This document shows positions 46,538-57,574 of a DNA stretch of 64,000 nucleotides, in pieces (within the stretch, counting starts at the first letter, position 1; each line of letters begins with the position of its first letter). The notes under the pieces are model-generated. The model ran no database searches, was not told the DNA's origin, and saw only the letters and a program-made list of their open reading frames with translations. Source of the stretch: an uncultured virus (IMG/VR IMGVR_UViG_3300014720_004424) (taxonomy: Duplodnaviria > Heunggongvirae > Uroviricota > Caudoviricetes); IMG/VR virus record IMGVR_UViG_3300014720_004424. The stretch is one strand, 5' to 3'. Position numbers and translations under genes: made by a program.

Positions 46538-49500
46538 GCTTTAGTCTAAAAAAGAAGAAAGACACAACTAATCCTATTAAAGTGTCTGAGCAAAAGTCAT
46601 TTGATCAGATCATTAGTCTTCCTAGCGATTCTGATACAGATTCTACTCAAAACTTTATTTCTCTCAATGACATAATGTACAACAAAAGCACTCTCAATGA
46701 AATATCAACTGTGCTTGATGGCGATGGTAAGTGCTCTTTTGAGGCTAACTTTTATGTCGACATGGAGAATGCAAACAGAGCAAATGTAAGAAATATTAGA
46801 ATTAGTGTCTACACTGAGAATCCCATACGACGTGTCTCAACTTCAAAAGACTCTAGGGTGGGCACAAAACAGCACTTTAATGAGTCATTTCTCACAGCGA
46901 TGAGTAAAAAGTCGTCATCGTCTGGAGGAAAAGGGTTTGGAAAGTCAGTCTCATCTTCAAAAAATAATCAGGTTGAGAAGACAGCTCAGGTGACCGATGT
47001 GTCTAACCTCAAGACACTCTCAGACGGTTTAATAAAAACATTTGATGTGCCGCTGAGAGTCACTGACAAGACTGTTTCTGATTTGAGGACTGCTGAAAGA
47101 GCGACGCTCACATTTCCAAGACACTCTTTTGATCAAGCGGGCATAACAAAATCACTTGATGCAACATCACAGGTGTACACTGCACTTGTAACACCAAAGA
47201 TCAACTTAAACAGCAGCATCATAAGCCAGCAGCCTATCAATAATCAGTCAAACTTAGTTGACTCTAAAATAGCACAGTCTGTAGGCACATCATTTCAAGA
47301 GAGCACTCAGTATTTGGCCTCAAAGGCGCTCCTAGACGCAAAGGTCGATCCAACTTCACATTTAAACTGTTACTATGCCTCAGGGCCCACCGCTGGAGGT
47401 GGATCAGCTCAAGGTCCTGTGAGATACAGCTTGCATTCAACTATCGAGAATGAAGTGGATGTCTCAAAGTCAGGCAAGGATGCAACTGACACATTTGTCA
47501 CACTTTCACCCAAATATCGTCAAAATTCTACGACTCAAAAGACCTCAAAATTCTCTAACTCATATTTGGAAGCGCTGTACGTAAAGTCTGCAGATATTTC
47601 TTCTGATGTCTTAACAAAGACAACTTTTACAAAGGTTCCAATTAAGCAGCTTTCATTCAAGTCGTCTGTCAGACAGCATCAAGCACAGTTTGACTTAGAC
47701 TTTGTAAGTCTTCGGCCCAATATTACAAAGGACTTGTTTTTCAGAATTGAGTTAATTGATCGTGAGGGCCTTGTATATAACTCTAAAATAGTCTCTGTTG
47801 ACTTTAGAAGGCAGCTTAAGACAATCTTGACGCCTAATTCTGCTCCGCATCTAAAAATTATTGAGCAGGCGGAGGGCAAGGTCAAAATTGAAGTTGCTCA
47901 AGTTGATCCTCTTGCAACTGATATTGGAATTTATCGAATGATTGCAAGGCCAGACGAGCTAGACTCATCATCATGGCAAAAAGTAGGATCAGATATTCGA
48001 GCAAACATTAAAAGGGGTCCCATAACCATAGTTGATGATCAAGCCATGGGTAACGTGATGCCAAACGTCATTTTGTACGAGGCCAGGTGCAGCGGCCTCT
48101 ATGGATCAATGTGCACGAGCACTACAAAGGTTGTGTCTGCTGGAGTAAAGAGACTTGTCAATTTAACTCGTCCTGAGAATATTGGCGAGTGCAATATTGT
48201 TGCTGCGCAAAAGGGGAATAAGATAGAGATAAAAGTTAGCGGTCTTCCATTGGGTGCAACAAGAATCTTTTTAAAGAAGCAGCATCTAAATACAGCTACT
48301 CGAGAGAAGAACTTTAGAAAACACAGCAATGTTAAAGTTCAAGGAACATCAGACGAATTCTACACAGTGACAGGTAATAGAGACACTGTTACATTTGAAG
48401 ACACAGAAGTCATTAATAGACAGATCTATAGATACTACGTCCAGTTTGACTGGAGAGACAGAGAGAGAACAAACTCTGTCTCTGATGACTACATAGAGTA
48501 TAGAGTGGTCCCTGATAGACCTATTATAGCATATCTTGAAAACATAGAGTCAGGACTTGACAGTCTCGGACGTGCTACTGTTTCTTTCGATTTAGGCGCA
48601 AATTTTTCTGACGAGGGCCTTGATGAGCTAAACAGGCTGTTAGGAGAGACAGGAGTAAGCTCTATTTTCGTTGAGGAGCTTAGAAAAGACAGGTCCCTTG
48701 TGTCCAATTTATTTGTATACGAGGTGACAAGAGTCAACACACGTACGAATAACGCGCTTGTGTGGCCTCTTACTTCTGAAGGAAAGTTTGTTGACAATTT
48801 TATTACTAGAAGGACTGCAAGAGGTGCGGGTGATAGCTCAAGTGACTCAGAGCTTGTCGCAGGTAGAACATACATCTACACTGCAAGACTTCACATTATA
48901 AATCCAGAAAGATTTTTCAAGGAAGCACTTACAAGAATACCTGCATCCACAAAGCAGATTATCAACTCTTCTGATCCAAACTTTGTAAAAGTTGCGGCCT
49001 CAAAATTTGCAGAAAATTTCGCCATTCAGCCGGGAACAATTTTAAGTCCTACTACTCTTGAGAGAGATACTTCTTTTAGAGAAGCAGCTTTATCTTCATA
49101 CGCAGGAATTGTTCATAGATCTGAGATCACAATTCCACTAATAAGAGCAATTCCAAAAAATGTTAAAGTCCACAGAGTGACTGCAGGAAGGCCTGCAAAT
49201 GTCATAAGGTGGGAGCTAGAAGGATCCAAGAGCTCTGTATTTTCTTATCAAGTTGATGTTTCAATAGGAAGAGAAAATAGGTTTCCTCTTCGAAGTGTTT
49301 CTCCCATCGTGTCTGATGACGGTAAATACGAGATAAGGGACGAGCTTTTTGTGCATGAGATAAGTCCTGTGTCGTATAGCATATCAGTGATTTACTTCGA
49401 TCAATCAAAGTCTACTTCTATTATCAGTAATGAAATACACGCAGGGTCTTCACTGCCTCCAAGAATATTAGACATCGCAGTTAAAAAGCAGATTCCAAAC

Positions 49501-49728
49501 TTTTCAAGCACAGATCTGTCATCACTAATTCAAGGATCTCTTTCTGAGAAACTACTTAGAAGCGGCTTAAATGATCCTTTTAAGAGAGGCAGTTTTGTGG
49601 ACAAAGATCTTTCATCTGTGTCTATTTCAAATAACACAACTGCTCTTAGAAACTCAGCAGTGAATGAAACGCGTCAGACTATTCTTAACATAAGAAATCC
49701 AATACGTCGCCTAAGAGAGGGTAGATAA
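46534..49728 (+). CDS. large hypothetical protein (possible Ig/FN3-like repeats)
   Basis: 1064-aa ORF; FEDTEV....YRYYV and IRWEL..SYQV beta-sandwich-like segments. Confidence 0.6.
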   Translation: MSFSLKKKKDTTNPIKVSEQKSFDQIISLPSDSDTDSTQNFISLNDIMYNKSTLNEISTVLDGDGKCSFEANFYVDMENANRANVRNIRISVYTENPIRRVSTSKDSRVGTKQHFNESFLTAMSKKSSSSGGKGFGKSVSSSKNNQVEKTAQVTDVSNLKTLSDGLIKTFDVPLRVTDKTVSDLRTAERATLTFPRHSFDQAGITKSLDATSQVYTALVTPKINLNSSIISQQPINNQSNLVDSKIAQSVGTSFQESTQYLASKALLDAKVDPTSHLNCYYASGPTAGGGSAQGPVRYSLHSTIENEVDVSKSGKDATDTFVTLSPKYRQNSTTQKTSKFSNSYLEALYVKSADISSDVLTKTTFTKVPIKQLSFKSSVRQHQAQFDLDFVSLRPNITKDLFFRIELIDREGLVYNSKIVSVDFRRQLKTILTPNSAPHLKIIEQAEGKVKIEVAQVDPLATDIGIYRMIARPDELDSSSWQKVGSDIRANIKRGPITIVDDQAMGNVMPNVILYEARCSGLYGSMCTSTTKVVSAGVKRLVNLTRPENIGECNIVAAQKGNKIEIKVSGLPLGATRIFLKKQHLNTATREKNFRKHSNVKVQGTSDEFYTVTGNRDTVTFEDTEVINRQIYRYYVQFDWRDRERTNSVSDDYIEYRVVPDRPIIAYLENIESGLDSLGRATVSFDLGANFSDEGLDELNRLLGETGVSSIFVEELRKDRSLVSNLFVYEVTRVNTRTNNALVWPLTSEGKFVDNFITRRTARGAGDSSSDSELVAGRTYIYTARLHIINPERFFKEALTRIPASTKQIINSSDPNFVKVAASKFAENFAIQPGTILSPTTLERDTSFREAALSSYAGIVHRSEITIPLIRAIPKNVKVHRVTAGRPANVIRWELEGSKSSVFSYQVDVSIGRENRFPLRSVSPIVSDDGKYEIRDELFVHEISPVSYSISVIYFDQSKSTSIISNEIHAGSSLPPRILDIAVKKQIPNFSSTDLSSLIQGSLSEKLLRSGLNDPFKRGSFVDKDLSSVSISNNTTALRNSAVNETRQTILNIRNPIRRLREGR

Positions 49729-52700
49729 TGCCTGCTTTTACTGAAAATAGCAGTATCTCTTCAAGAGATATGAGAATTGAGACAACTCGACCTCTTCCAG
49801 TTAGAGTTGAGTCGATTGTAAATGTAGCAGGTATATTAGGAAACGGTCTGGCTGAAGGTTTGGGGGTTTCAATCATGCCTGATGAGTCAGATGTAGCATC
49901 TGAACCTTCATCAAGTGATCCTTCATTGACAATAGAAGGAATAACTCTGAATGCGTCTTCAAGTCCTGTTGTAACAGATGTATCAACAGATTCTGAGACT
50001 GTGAGCATTATTCAGGACGCTACAAGCGATGCGATTAAAGAAAAAATTCTCAACAGCACAATAGGACCACAGCCCACAATACTATCTTCTGTTAAAATGC
50101 CTAGTCTAAATGCTAGGGATATGGACGATGCATTAGAGGTGAGCCAGTTTGAAAAACAGATTGTCAAAGAAGCAATCATGATGGGTCTTGAAAGTGTTGC
50201 AAAGCTTGATCCAAAAGGTACTTTTACGTCTGCAAAAACAAGAAACAAGCAAGATTTAGATATTTTAAACGAGCAGATAGACGCACTGAGTTATCTGCAG
50301 ACGACAGCAAATATTGCTGCGAGTGGGCTTGACATTCTCAGAATGTCACCCCAGATAATGGAGAGGGCAACCGATGCTGTAGGACCTCTAATAGATGACA
50401 GTGAAAACTCTAATGATCCGCTCCCTCAAAACATAGACGACTACATTTCACTCACATTTCCCGATGAGACAGTTCGTCTTGGTGTCGACAGTTATCTTAC
50501 GAACACATCTAGGCTCATTGTGATAGCGCAGGACATGATGCAGTCTGCTCTAAGCGTGCATCCCACTTTACTTCAATTCTTCAGTAGAGACGCAAGATCT
50601 CAGGATGTTCTATTCTCAACACCGGGATCCTATAGCTATGATCCTGACGGTCCTGGTGTGGGTTCACCGTCTTCGGCAGTTCCAACTGTCTCTCAAGTAT
50701 TTGCTCAAAATGATGCATCGATAGTAAATCAATTTATTGTCTCTAGACGGGCGTCAGCAGGTTCTGCAGGTGCTATACGAGATAATAATCGAAATGATAG
50801 ACAACTTCTAGGAGGAGCTGCACAGTCTGTAGATGAGAAATGGGACAGTGTGCTGCATCTTGTGACTTGTCTTTCAAATGAGATGATACTTTCTGCGGGA
50901 ATTGGAAGGCTGTTGGGAAGCCGATTAGGAACAAGATTTATAGAGCCTAGCAGTATAAACACACAACAATACGATCCATTTATTAGAGTTTTAGGTTTTT
51001 CACCTGTTTCAAAGTCAGGAGAGATTAGCTCATTTTATACAAGTGGTCCTGCAAGAAGAGGATCATATCTTGATTATCTTTCTTTAGGCGAAGAGGTGGA
51101 GAGAAGAAGCTTTATTGTTATGCCTTTTGAGACAAGCACTGCAGTCTACAATTCAACGCCATACGTCGCAGGCAAAAAATACTTTATCGACCTAGCAATT
51201 CAGAATTCAAACATTGACACAATACGATCTTCTCTCAAGAGATTTTCTGAGCAGTATACACAGTTTACAGCTGATATGAGCTCTTATCTTACAGAGCTTC
51301 TTTCACTTAAAGATCCTACAAATCTAGCCCCTCAGACGCTTCTGTCTAGAATACTACAAGACTTTAAGACTTCACTTGGTGCTCTTGATGTTGAGAGCTC
51401 ACAGATTGACAAAAAGTCAGCGTATGCTCTATCACTATTTGCGCTTGTCGGGCACGAGACAGACTTACAGACAAGATTTTATCTTAATTTAAGACGTCAG
51501 GATTTGCCTTTTACAGTTCTTGATATTCTAAAAATGTCTGTAATAAAAGCGCTTAAAGACTTAGACAGACAATTAACTGATAAGTCATATGTCTTATCAT
51601 CTGAAAAAACTGATTATTCAACAATTACATCTGAGGACAGTGCTGACTCAAATCTAAAGTTTGCTTTAAAGTCAATTAGCTCAAATCTACCAGTGGCAGT
51701 TGATGATGTATTTGATGATCTTTCTGTATCAAGAGTCAATTTTAAGTTTGATGATAATGAATTTTTACACGCAAGCTCATTCTCAAATAGTGACAATATA
51801 GTAAATCTAATTGCTAGAACGATTAGAGAGATTCAAAAGGAGTCACTAAATTTAAGTCAGAAGAATGGTGCGAAGAGCGACTATAGAAACAGTAGCAAAA
51901 ATACATTTATGTCAGATTGCGATGAGGACAGACTTGTCGATGTCATATGCGACATTTACTCAAAAATTGCGTATCTTGTCACACCGATAAGCGCAAATCA
52001 AGGAACTTTTGACTTTTCTGACTCATCAACAAGAAATGCCTTAGTGAAATATTCAAGATCTCTTATGCAGGTGAGTTCAATTCTATTAGATACAATTATT
52101 TCATCTATTGTCAACGGAACTGACATAAGCCCGGACTACATACAGCAGCTTACATCAATAGATCCGGAGACGCAGATAAATGTGGGTGGTAATAATACAG
52201 CTGTTTGCACGTCTAGCGATATTATTCGTGCCTGCTCACGTGTTGCAAAGCACAGGTACTACATTAAGTCATCTCTTAAGATTCTAGAAGCAGTCTCAGC
52301 AGGCATTGCATCTGCTTCTTCAAAAATGGCTACAGTGCTTGATATTCTTGGCAATAATGTCAAGAGAGAAAAGCTCAAGGGTTTAGATGTTGTACTTTAT
52401 GATATGTTTGTAACAAATTCACAAACATATCAAGAATTACTAGAAAATATAAGCGAGCAGCAGATAAATTTGTGTACAGCGGCAAGATCTCTTTGTCTCT
52501 CAGACAGTGAAATATCTCTTAGAAAAGATATAGACACATCTACTTCTGAGAGGCTTGCTTTAAGAGACTTTATAAAGTCTCTTTATGGGACTAGTGAGCT
52601 AGGTCTTGATGATCTTCATTTAATTTCTGTTGGAATTCCAAAGGGAATGATTGAGTCGTTATATCAGCCTTCTTTCTTTTTAGAGAACTCTGATGAAGGA

Positions 52701-53534
52701 CAGCTTGCATCACTTGGAAATGAAGGTCAAAGAAGAGGTCGTCTAATTAGAGTTGAAGTTGATCGATACGACAACGTAAAGCATAATTCGGCAACTTCTG
52801 CTTTTATAGATGTTCTCTCAAATCCGACTCAGATGATGACAGAGTTCGATCCTGAGATATTTATTCTTCCTGACTCCATAAAGTACAATCCAGAAAAAAT
52901 TCCTGAGGGCTCTCTAGATGCCGTCGATGCAATTTTTAGATCTACCGACTTCTATAGAATCAGGAGTGGTAAAGTGATTGAGAAGACAGAAGGGTCTCTT
53001 CTTAATTCAGCAGTTGCAAGAGTCTATATGAACGCCTTAAGAAGCTACCTATTTGACTTATACTTGTATGAGACCATACGAATTCGCTATCTTGATGGCC
53101 TAGGACATGCAGGCGCTCCAAAAATGACAAAAGAGGGATTTGAACTCACGAGGCTAATGTCAAACGATGACAGAATAAGCGCGTCTGTTCTTAACAGAAA
53201 AAGCTTCATCAAGCTTTTTGACAACACATCTTACAGCTTAAAGGCAGGGGAGTCGCTAAGAGATCGTCTGACACCTAGAGTTCGAGGAACTACACCTGAG
53301 TTTAGCATGACAGATGTGAAGATGGGAGCTGTTCTATCAAGTATGAGTCCCATTGCAAGCATTAGCGGTGCTGTGAGATCTCGCCCATATGAAAGAGTTT
53401 ATAGCTTTCTCTATGATGAGAATTTTGTGAGAAACAATATGCTTCACGGTGACATCATAGATGATGTCTCTAAACGAAGGCTCTTTGATATTTTCTCATT
53501 GTCACTTAGGGTCTCTTATGGGGGTGCTATATGA
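49728..53534 (+). CDS. large hypothetical protein (mainly helical)
   Basis: 1268-aa uninterrupted ORF, overlapping both neighbours. Confidence 0.6.
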   Translation: MPAFTENSSISSRDMRIETTRPLPVRVESIVNVAGILGNGLAEGLGVSIMPDESDVASEPSSSDPSLTIEGITLNASSSPVVTDVSTDSETVSIIQDATSDAIKEKILNSTIGPQPTILSSVKMPSLNARDMDDALEVSQFEKQIVKEAIMMGLESVAKLDPKGTFTSAKTRNKQDLDILNEQIDALSYLQTTANIAASGLDILRMSPQIMERATDAVGPLIDDSENSNDPLPQNIDDYISLTFPDETVRLGVDSYLTNTSRLIVIAQDMMQSALSVHPTLLQFFSRDARSQDVLFSTPGSYSYDPDGPGVGSPSSAVPTVSQVFAQNDASIVNQFIVSRRASAGSAGAIRDNNRNDRQLLGGAAQSVDEKWDSVLHLVTCLSNEMILSAGIGRLLGSRLGTRFIEPSSINTQQYDPFIRVLGFSPVSKSGEISSFYTSGPARRGSYLDYLSLGEEVERRSFIVMPFETSTAVYNSTPYVAGKKYFIDLAIQNSNIDTIRSSLKRFSEQYTQFTADMSSYLTELLSLKDPTNLAPQTLLSRILQDFKTSLGALDVESSQIDKKSAYALSLFALVGHETDLQTRFYLNLRRQDLPFTVLDILKMSVIKALKDLDRQLTDKSYVLSSEKTDYSTITSEDSADSNLKFALKSISSNLPVAVDDVFDDLSVSRVNFKFDDNEFLHASSFSNSDNIVNLIARTIREIQKESLNLSQKNGAKSDYRNSSKNTFMSDCDEDRLVDVICDIYSKIAYLVTPISANQGTFDFSDSSTRNALVKYSRSLMQVSSILLDTIISSIVNGTDISPDYIQQLTSIDPETQINVGGNNTAVCTSSDIIRACSRVAKHRYYIKSSLKILEAVSAGIASASSKMATVLDILGNNVKREKLKGLDVVLYDMFVTNSQTYQELLENISEQQINLCTAARSLCLSDSEISLRKDIDTSTSERLALRDFIKSLYGTSELGLDDLHLISVGIPKGMIESLYQPSFFLENSDEGQLASLGNEGQRRGRLIRVEVDRYDNVKHNSATSAFIDVLSNPTQMMTEFDPEIFILPDSIKYNPEKIPEGSLDAVDAIFRSTDFYRIRSGKVIEKTEGSLLNSAVARVYMNALRSYLFDLYLYETIRIRYLDGLGHAGAPKMTKEGFELTRLMSNDDRISASVLNRKSFIKLFDNTSYSLKAGESLRDRLTPRVRGTTPEFSMTDVKMGAVLSSMSPIASISGAVRSRPYERVYSFLYDENFVRNNMLHGDIIDDVSKRRLFDIFSLSLRVSYGGAI

Positions 53535-55453
53535 CTGATAGAATCGATGAAGTTACATCACTTACCTCTATTCCAATAACAATATGCAATGTTCCTGACC
53601 CTAAGTTTGTTGAAGGGGACTTCGTGTATAATTTTTACGTTGAGAATGAGGACAGGCAATACAGTCCTGAGCCTACTTCACCGATAAACTATAGTCTAGG
53701 TCTTATCGATAGAGACACAATTGACTCAATAGAAGAAAAAGAGCGAGGAGCTCTAAGAGCAAGAGTGCCAAGATACAACAGGATTAGAATCGGTGTAAAT
53801 ACAGCTCTAGGACTTGAGACACTTGATCCAAATGAGATAAGCACAGATCTCAGAGAAAGTCTTTCTAGGAGCAAAACATACAATAGAGAAGGAAATATTG
53901 AAAATCAGTACAATGCTAAAGTAAACATCTCTGATGACACTGTGAAGGAGCGTCTTCAGACCGAGATATACAGAATAACATCAGGTTTGTTTGAAGGAAA
54001 AGGACTGACATCCGAGATGTCAGATGAGATGATAGCAGACTCACTGAACAAGATGATGTCAGACGATATTGACGCTGCCTCAATAATGGATGCACTTTCT
54101 GATAATTCTATAAAAGGCATAAGATTTGTCAACCAGATAACAGGAAAGGTGTTCAATAGAGTCGATAATAAGTCTTCTATTCAGTATCCCACAAAGATAA
54201 ATGCTGATTCGTATAGAACACTCACAACTCAGCTGATGACGTCGAATCCATTTAGCCAATACTTTGAATCAGACATTCTAGGAAATGCAGCTGATACTGC
54301 TCATGTAAATCCACTTTTAAGCAGCACTTCATATCCAACATTTGGATCGATCACCACAGAGAACTTAAAGAAACTTAAGCCTATTATGGGTCACATCTCA
54401 GAGCGAGATGTGACGTATTACTCACGTCAAAGCTTGGCAAGTGCAGGATTTCCAAAGATAAAGCACGCGGGCTATATCGTTGAAAAGATAGGATTGTCTC
54501 CCAGCGGGCAATATGAGTCATTTGATGACTTTATCTCACTAAATCCTCAGATAAGTGAATTTATTGATCCTAATATCAAGTACGGGTACACATACTTCTA
54601 TAAGGCAAGACAGCTATACATTGTTGATTTTTTACAAATCGAGGATATTGAGAGCACAATTCCAGAAAGATATGTCTGTAAGATTGTGACAGCTGCCATT
54701 GCATCCAGCTCACCCAAGACCGCCACAGTTCAAGCAAAGGACATCACACCGCCAAGATCTCCATCGACTTTAATATGCAGTTTTATCTATAAAGCAGGCA
54801 ACGGCATAAGACTTGACTGGTCTCCTCCGATTAACCCGACGCGCGACATCAAAAAGTATCAGGTGTTTAGAAGAGCTTCTGTCATGGAGCCTTTTCAAAT
54901 AATAGCCGAATATGACTTTACAGATGAGGGTTACACGCAGTTTGAGCAGAGAGAGATAATTGATTCTTCTCTCGTCAGGAGAACACAAGTTCCGCAGCTT
55001 TCGCATGTTGATCCTGAATTTAATAGAGAGTCTTCCTACATCTATAGCATTTCCGCAGTTGATGCACACGGACTTGTTTCAAACTATGGAACACAGGTCC
55101 AAGCATCATTTGATAGAATTGACAATAAGCTTAGGACAAAGGTCGTTTCTCGTGCTGAGGCGCCTAGAGCTTATCCGAACTTCTATGTCGATCCTACAAG
55201 CCTTGATGAGTTTGGATCTGATAGGCTCGTCGAGGACGTCATCAAAGATGAGGGTCACACAAGGATGAGGGTTTATTTTGACCCTGACGCTTATAGAGTT
55301 TCAAGCGATGAAGACGGATCGGAGACACAGGCAATAGTTCTTGGAGATAGAAACGGCACTTATAAGTTTCAAATTGTGAATCTCGATCGTCAGATCTCAA
55401 AAAATCTGACGATCAGTGTGATACCTGATACCTCCCTATCCCATCTGATGTAG
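53531..55453 (+). CDS. hypothetical protein with fibronectin type III-like C-terminal domains
   Basis: FIDPNIKYGYTYFYK; DITPPRSP..IRLDWSPP..IKKYQVFRR..YIYSISAVDAHGLVSNY. Confidence 0.65.
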   Translation: MTDRIDEVTSLTSIPITICNVPDPKFVEGDFVYNFYVENEDRQYSPEPTSPINYSLGLIDRDTIDSIEEKERGALRARVPRYNRIRIGVNTALGLETLDPNEISTDLRESLSRSKTYNREGNIENQYNAKVNISDDTVKERLQTEIYRITSGLFEGKGLTSEMSDEMIADSLNKMMSDDIDAASIMDALSDNSIKGIRFVNQITGKVFNRVDNKSSIQYPTKINADSYRTLTTQLMTSNPFSQYFESDILGNAADTAHVNPLLSSTSYPTFGSITTENLKKLKPIMGHISERDVTYYSRQSLASAGFPKIKHAGYIVEKIGLSPSGQYESFDDFISLNPQISEFIDPNIKYGYTYFYKARQLYIVDFLQIEDIESTIPERYVCKIVTAAIASSSPKTATVQAKDITPPRSPSTLICSFIYKAGNGIRLDWSPPINPTRDIKKYQVFRRASVMEPFQIIAEYDFTDEGYTQFEQREIIDSSLVRRTQVPQLSHVDPEFNRESSYIYSISAVDAHGLVSNYGTQVQASFDRIDNKLRTKVVSRAEAPRAYPNFYVDPTSLDEFGSDRLVEDVIKDEGHTRMRVYFDPDAYRVSSDEDGSETQAIVLGDRNGTYKFQIVNLDRQISKNLTISVIPDTSLSHLM

Positions 55454-55484
55454 AACTAATGTTTACCGGATTTTTCTGTGTCTT

Positions 55485-55491
55485 ATATTTA
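55485..55491 (+). promoter_or_regulatory. putative late promoter motif ATATTTA
   Basis: intergenic, 22 nt upstream of ATG 55514; followed by AGGAG RBS. Confidence 0.55.
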
Positions 55492-55513
55492 AACGTGCAG
55501 GAGTAACGTAACA

Positions 55514-56230
55514 ATGGGATTTCTTGATCACAGTACTAACAATATTATCGTTGATGCAGTCCTGACGGATCTAGGACGTCAGGCTCTTGCAAAGGGCACT
55601 TTTGAAGTAACTCAGTTCAGCCTCGGCGATGATGAAGTCGATTACACCATCATAGAAAAATTTGGAAGAACTGTCGGCAAGGAAAAGATCATAAAGAATA
55701 CACCGATATTTGAGGCGCAGACCGTTGCAACTCTCGCAATGAAGCATCGTCTCCTGACGCTAGCAGATCCTACTGTGATCTATCTTCCAACTGTTACAGT
55801 GACAGGTGATGTATCGGGTGACACTGTCACACTTAACACGACAACGAATACTTCTGCGACGGTGACTCTCACTCAAAATGTTGTGAATGTCAACAACCCA
55901 GGCACAAAGATTCCAATAGACGACGTGTTTTATGTCGAGGTTCCGCACAGATTTCTTAGACTTCTTGATGCAACTTCAAATACTGTGGGCATAACTGAGT
56001 CAAGAATTGAAAAAGGAACTCAGACAGCAATGTACACTGTGAGCAGGACATCATCAACAAATTCAGGTCTTCCTATTCTCACACTAAAGTTAAGAACACA
56101 GGGGCTTGATGACACTGTGTTCAACACGTTTGGAACCACATCTTCGAAGAATAGAATTGACTGTGTCTTTGCCGTTATTGGAAGAAGCACAGGACTGAGA
56201 ACAACAATTTCAGTGATCATCAATAAGTGA
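55514..56230 (+). CDS. putative virion structural protein
   Basis: VDAVLTDLGRQALA..VTQFSLGDDEVDY..TPIFEA; strong RBS and late motif. Confidence 0.65.
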   Translation: MGFLDHSTNNIIVDAVLTDLGRQALAKGTFEVTQFSLGDDEVDYTIIEKFGRTVGKEKIIKNTPIFEAQTVATLAMKHRLLTLADPTVIYLPTVTVTGDVSGDTVTLNTTTNTSATVTLTQNVVNVNNPGTKIPIDDVFYVEVPHRFLRLLDATSNTVGITESRIEKGTQTAMYTVSRTSSTNSGLPILTLKLRTQGLDDTVFNTFGTTSSKNRIDCVFAVIGRSTGLRTTISVIINK

Positions 56231-56249
56231 TAGATCAAGGAGAGAATAA

Positions 56250-57551
56250 ATGCCCGTCGTAGTAGGAAGCTTCACGCAGCTTGATGATGATGACAAGAAG
56301 GAGTCTAGATCTCTCCTAAATCAGCTTGTAGATGTTATTCAGGAAGACATCTCAGGATCGCTAACACGACGTGAGTACCAGGTTTTCGTCACAGGCGGAA
56401 TCGGGCCAGGAATTACATCCTCACTATTCCAGACGGTGTATGATCAAGACTTTACACTGCAGACAGCGAACCCAATTTTTGACATGACAGTAGGTCTTTT
56501 CTACGGAAAAGACGCATCAGGCGTGACAATTCAAAACACCGCTGGGAGTGCTGTGGCCGCTGTAGACTCTTCAGGAAAGCTTCTCTTCCAGTCGTCATCT
56601 GTCATGATGAGAGAGAAAATTGATGTCTACAAGCAGTATGCAAAGTCTCTTCTTGGAAATGCTGACTCAGCGTTCTACTCTCCTTTTGAGTCGTCAGACT
56701 CAGTCAATAGAATTGATGAGGCGATGTTCGTGTCCTTCAAGCGTCTCTTTGCAAGAGACTCTGTTAAGAAGGAGACTTTTGCAATGCGGTTCTACAAGAC
56801 AGGAACGTTCTCTTACCGAGAGTCTTTGGGTGATGTAACGACCCAGCCGGAAGGACCGACACTAGGCTCGACATCAGCTTCTGGGTCCGCGATTTTTACT
56901 GACATTGGTGCAGCAACAAACACGAGGCGTGTATTTGGCGGAGATGTCGCATCAATTGTTGAGGCGACAAACACAGCGAACAAGGTGGGGCTTCTTTTCT
57001 ACGATCAGGGAACTGCGGTCTTTGATCTAAAGAAGATAATGTCTGGCTCACAGCACGTGTCAGGTGTGATTAGTGCCATGAATGGAACATCACCTGGCGC
57101 AGGCCTGCCCACTGGAACAATGGTCATTGGAGATCTTCGCGCTCTCTCAACGCCAGGATACGCGAACAAGGACGCCAAGTACATACCAGACCTACTTGTG
57201 TCTGCCTCAATCGACCAGATAGTTGATCACCTCGCAGGATGCAGATTTCAGTCAGGAACGCTGACAGCGATGACGTTTCAAAACAACACAGTCATCAACT
57301 CTTCACTATATTTTTGCAGAGCTCCCGCGGACGCGTACAACTACTCCTCTAATCCCACTTTCAAGGACAGCCAAGGACGCCTGAGAGTCATTGAGGACGG
57401 TCAGAATGCCACGCAGAGAAGCTTCACATTTCCGACGACAATAGGTCTTCACGATTCTCAGGGCAATCTTCTCGCAGTTGCAAAGCTCTCTCGCCCCGTG
57501 GAAAAGAACGATGAAAGAGATGTGACATTCCGCGTCAGATTAGACTTCTGA
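56250..57551 (+). CDS. putative virion structural (tail) protein
   Basis: VGLLFYDQG, YNYSSNPTF, TTIGLHDSQGNLLAVAKLSRPVEK..RVRLDF; AAGGAG RBS. Confidence 0.65.
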   Translation: MPVVVGSFTQLDDDDKKESRSLLNQLVDVIQEDISGSLTRREYQVFVTGGIGPGITSSLFQTVYDQDFTLQTANPIFDMTVGLFYGKDASGVTIQNTAGSAVAAVDSSGKLLFQSSSVMMREKIDVYKQYAKSLLGNADSAFYSPFESSDSVNRIDEAMFVSFKRLFARDSVKKETFAMRFYKTGTFSYRESLGDVTTQPEGPTLGSTSASGSAIFTDIGAATNTRRVFGGDVASIVEATNTANKVGLLFYDQGTAVFDLKKIMSGSQHVSGVISAMNGTSPGAGLPTGTMVIGDLRALSTPGYANKDAKYIPDLLVSASIDQIVDHLAGCRFQSGTLTAMTFQNNTVINSSLYFCRAPADAYNYSSNPTFKDSQGRLRVIEDGQNATQRSFTFPTTIGLHDSQGNLLAVAKLSRPVEKNDERDVTFRVRLDF

Positions 57552-57574
57552 TTTGTCATGTGTGATATCCTCCA

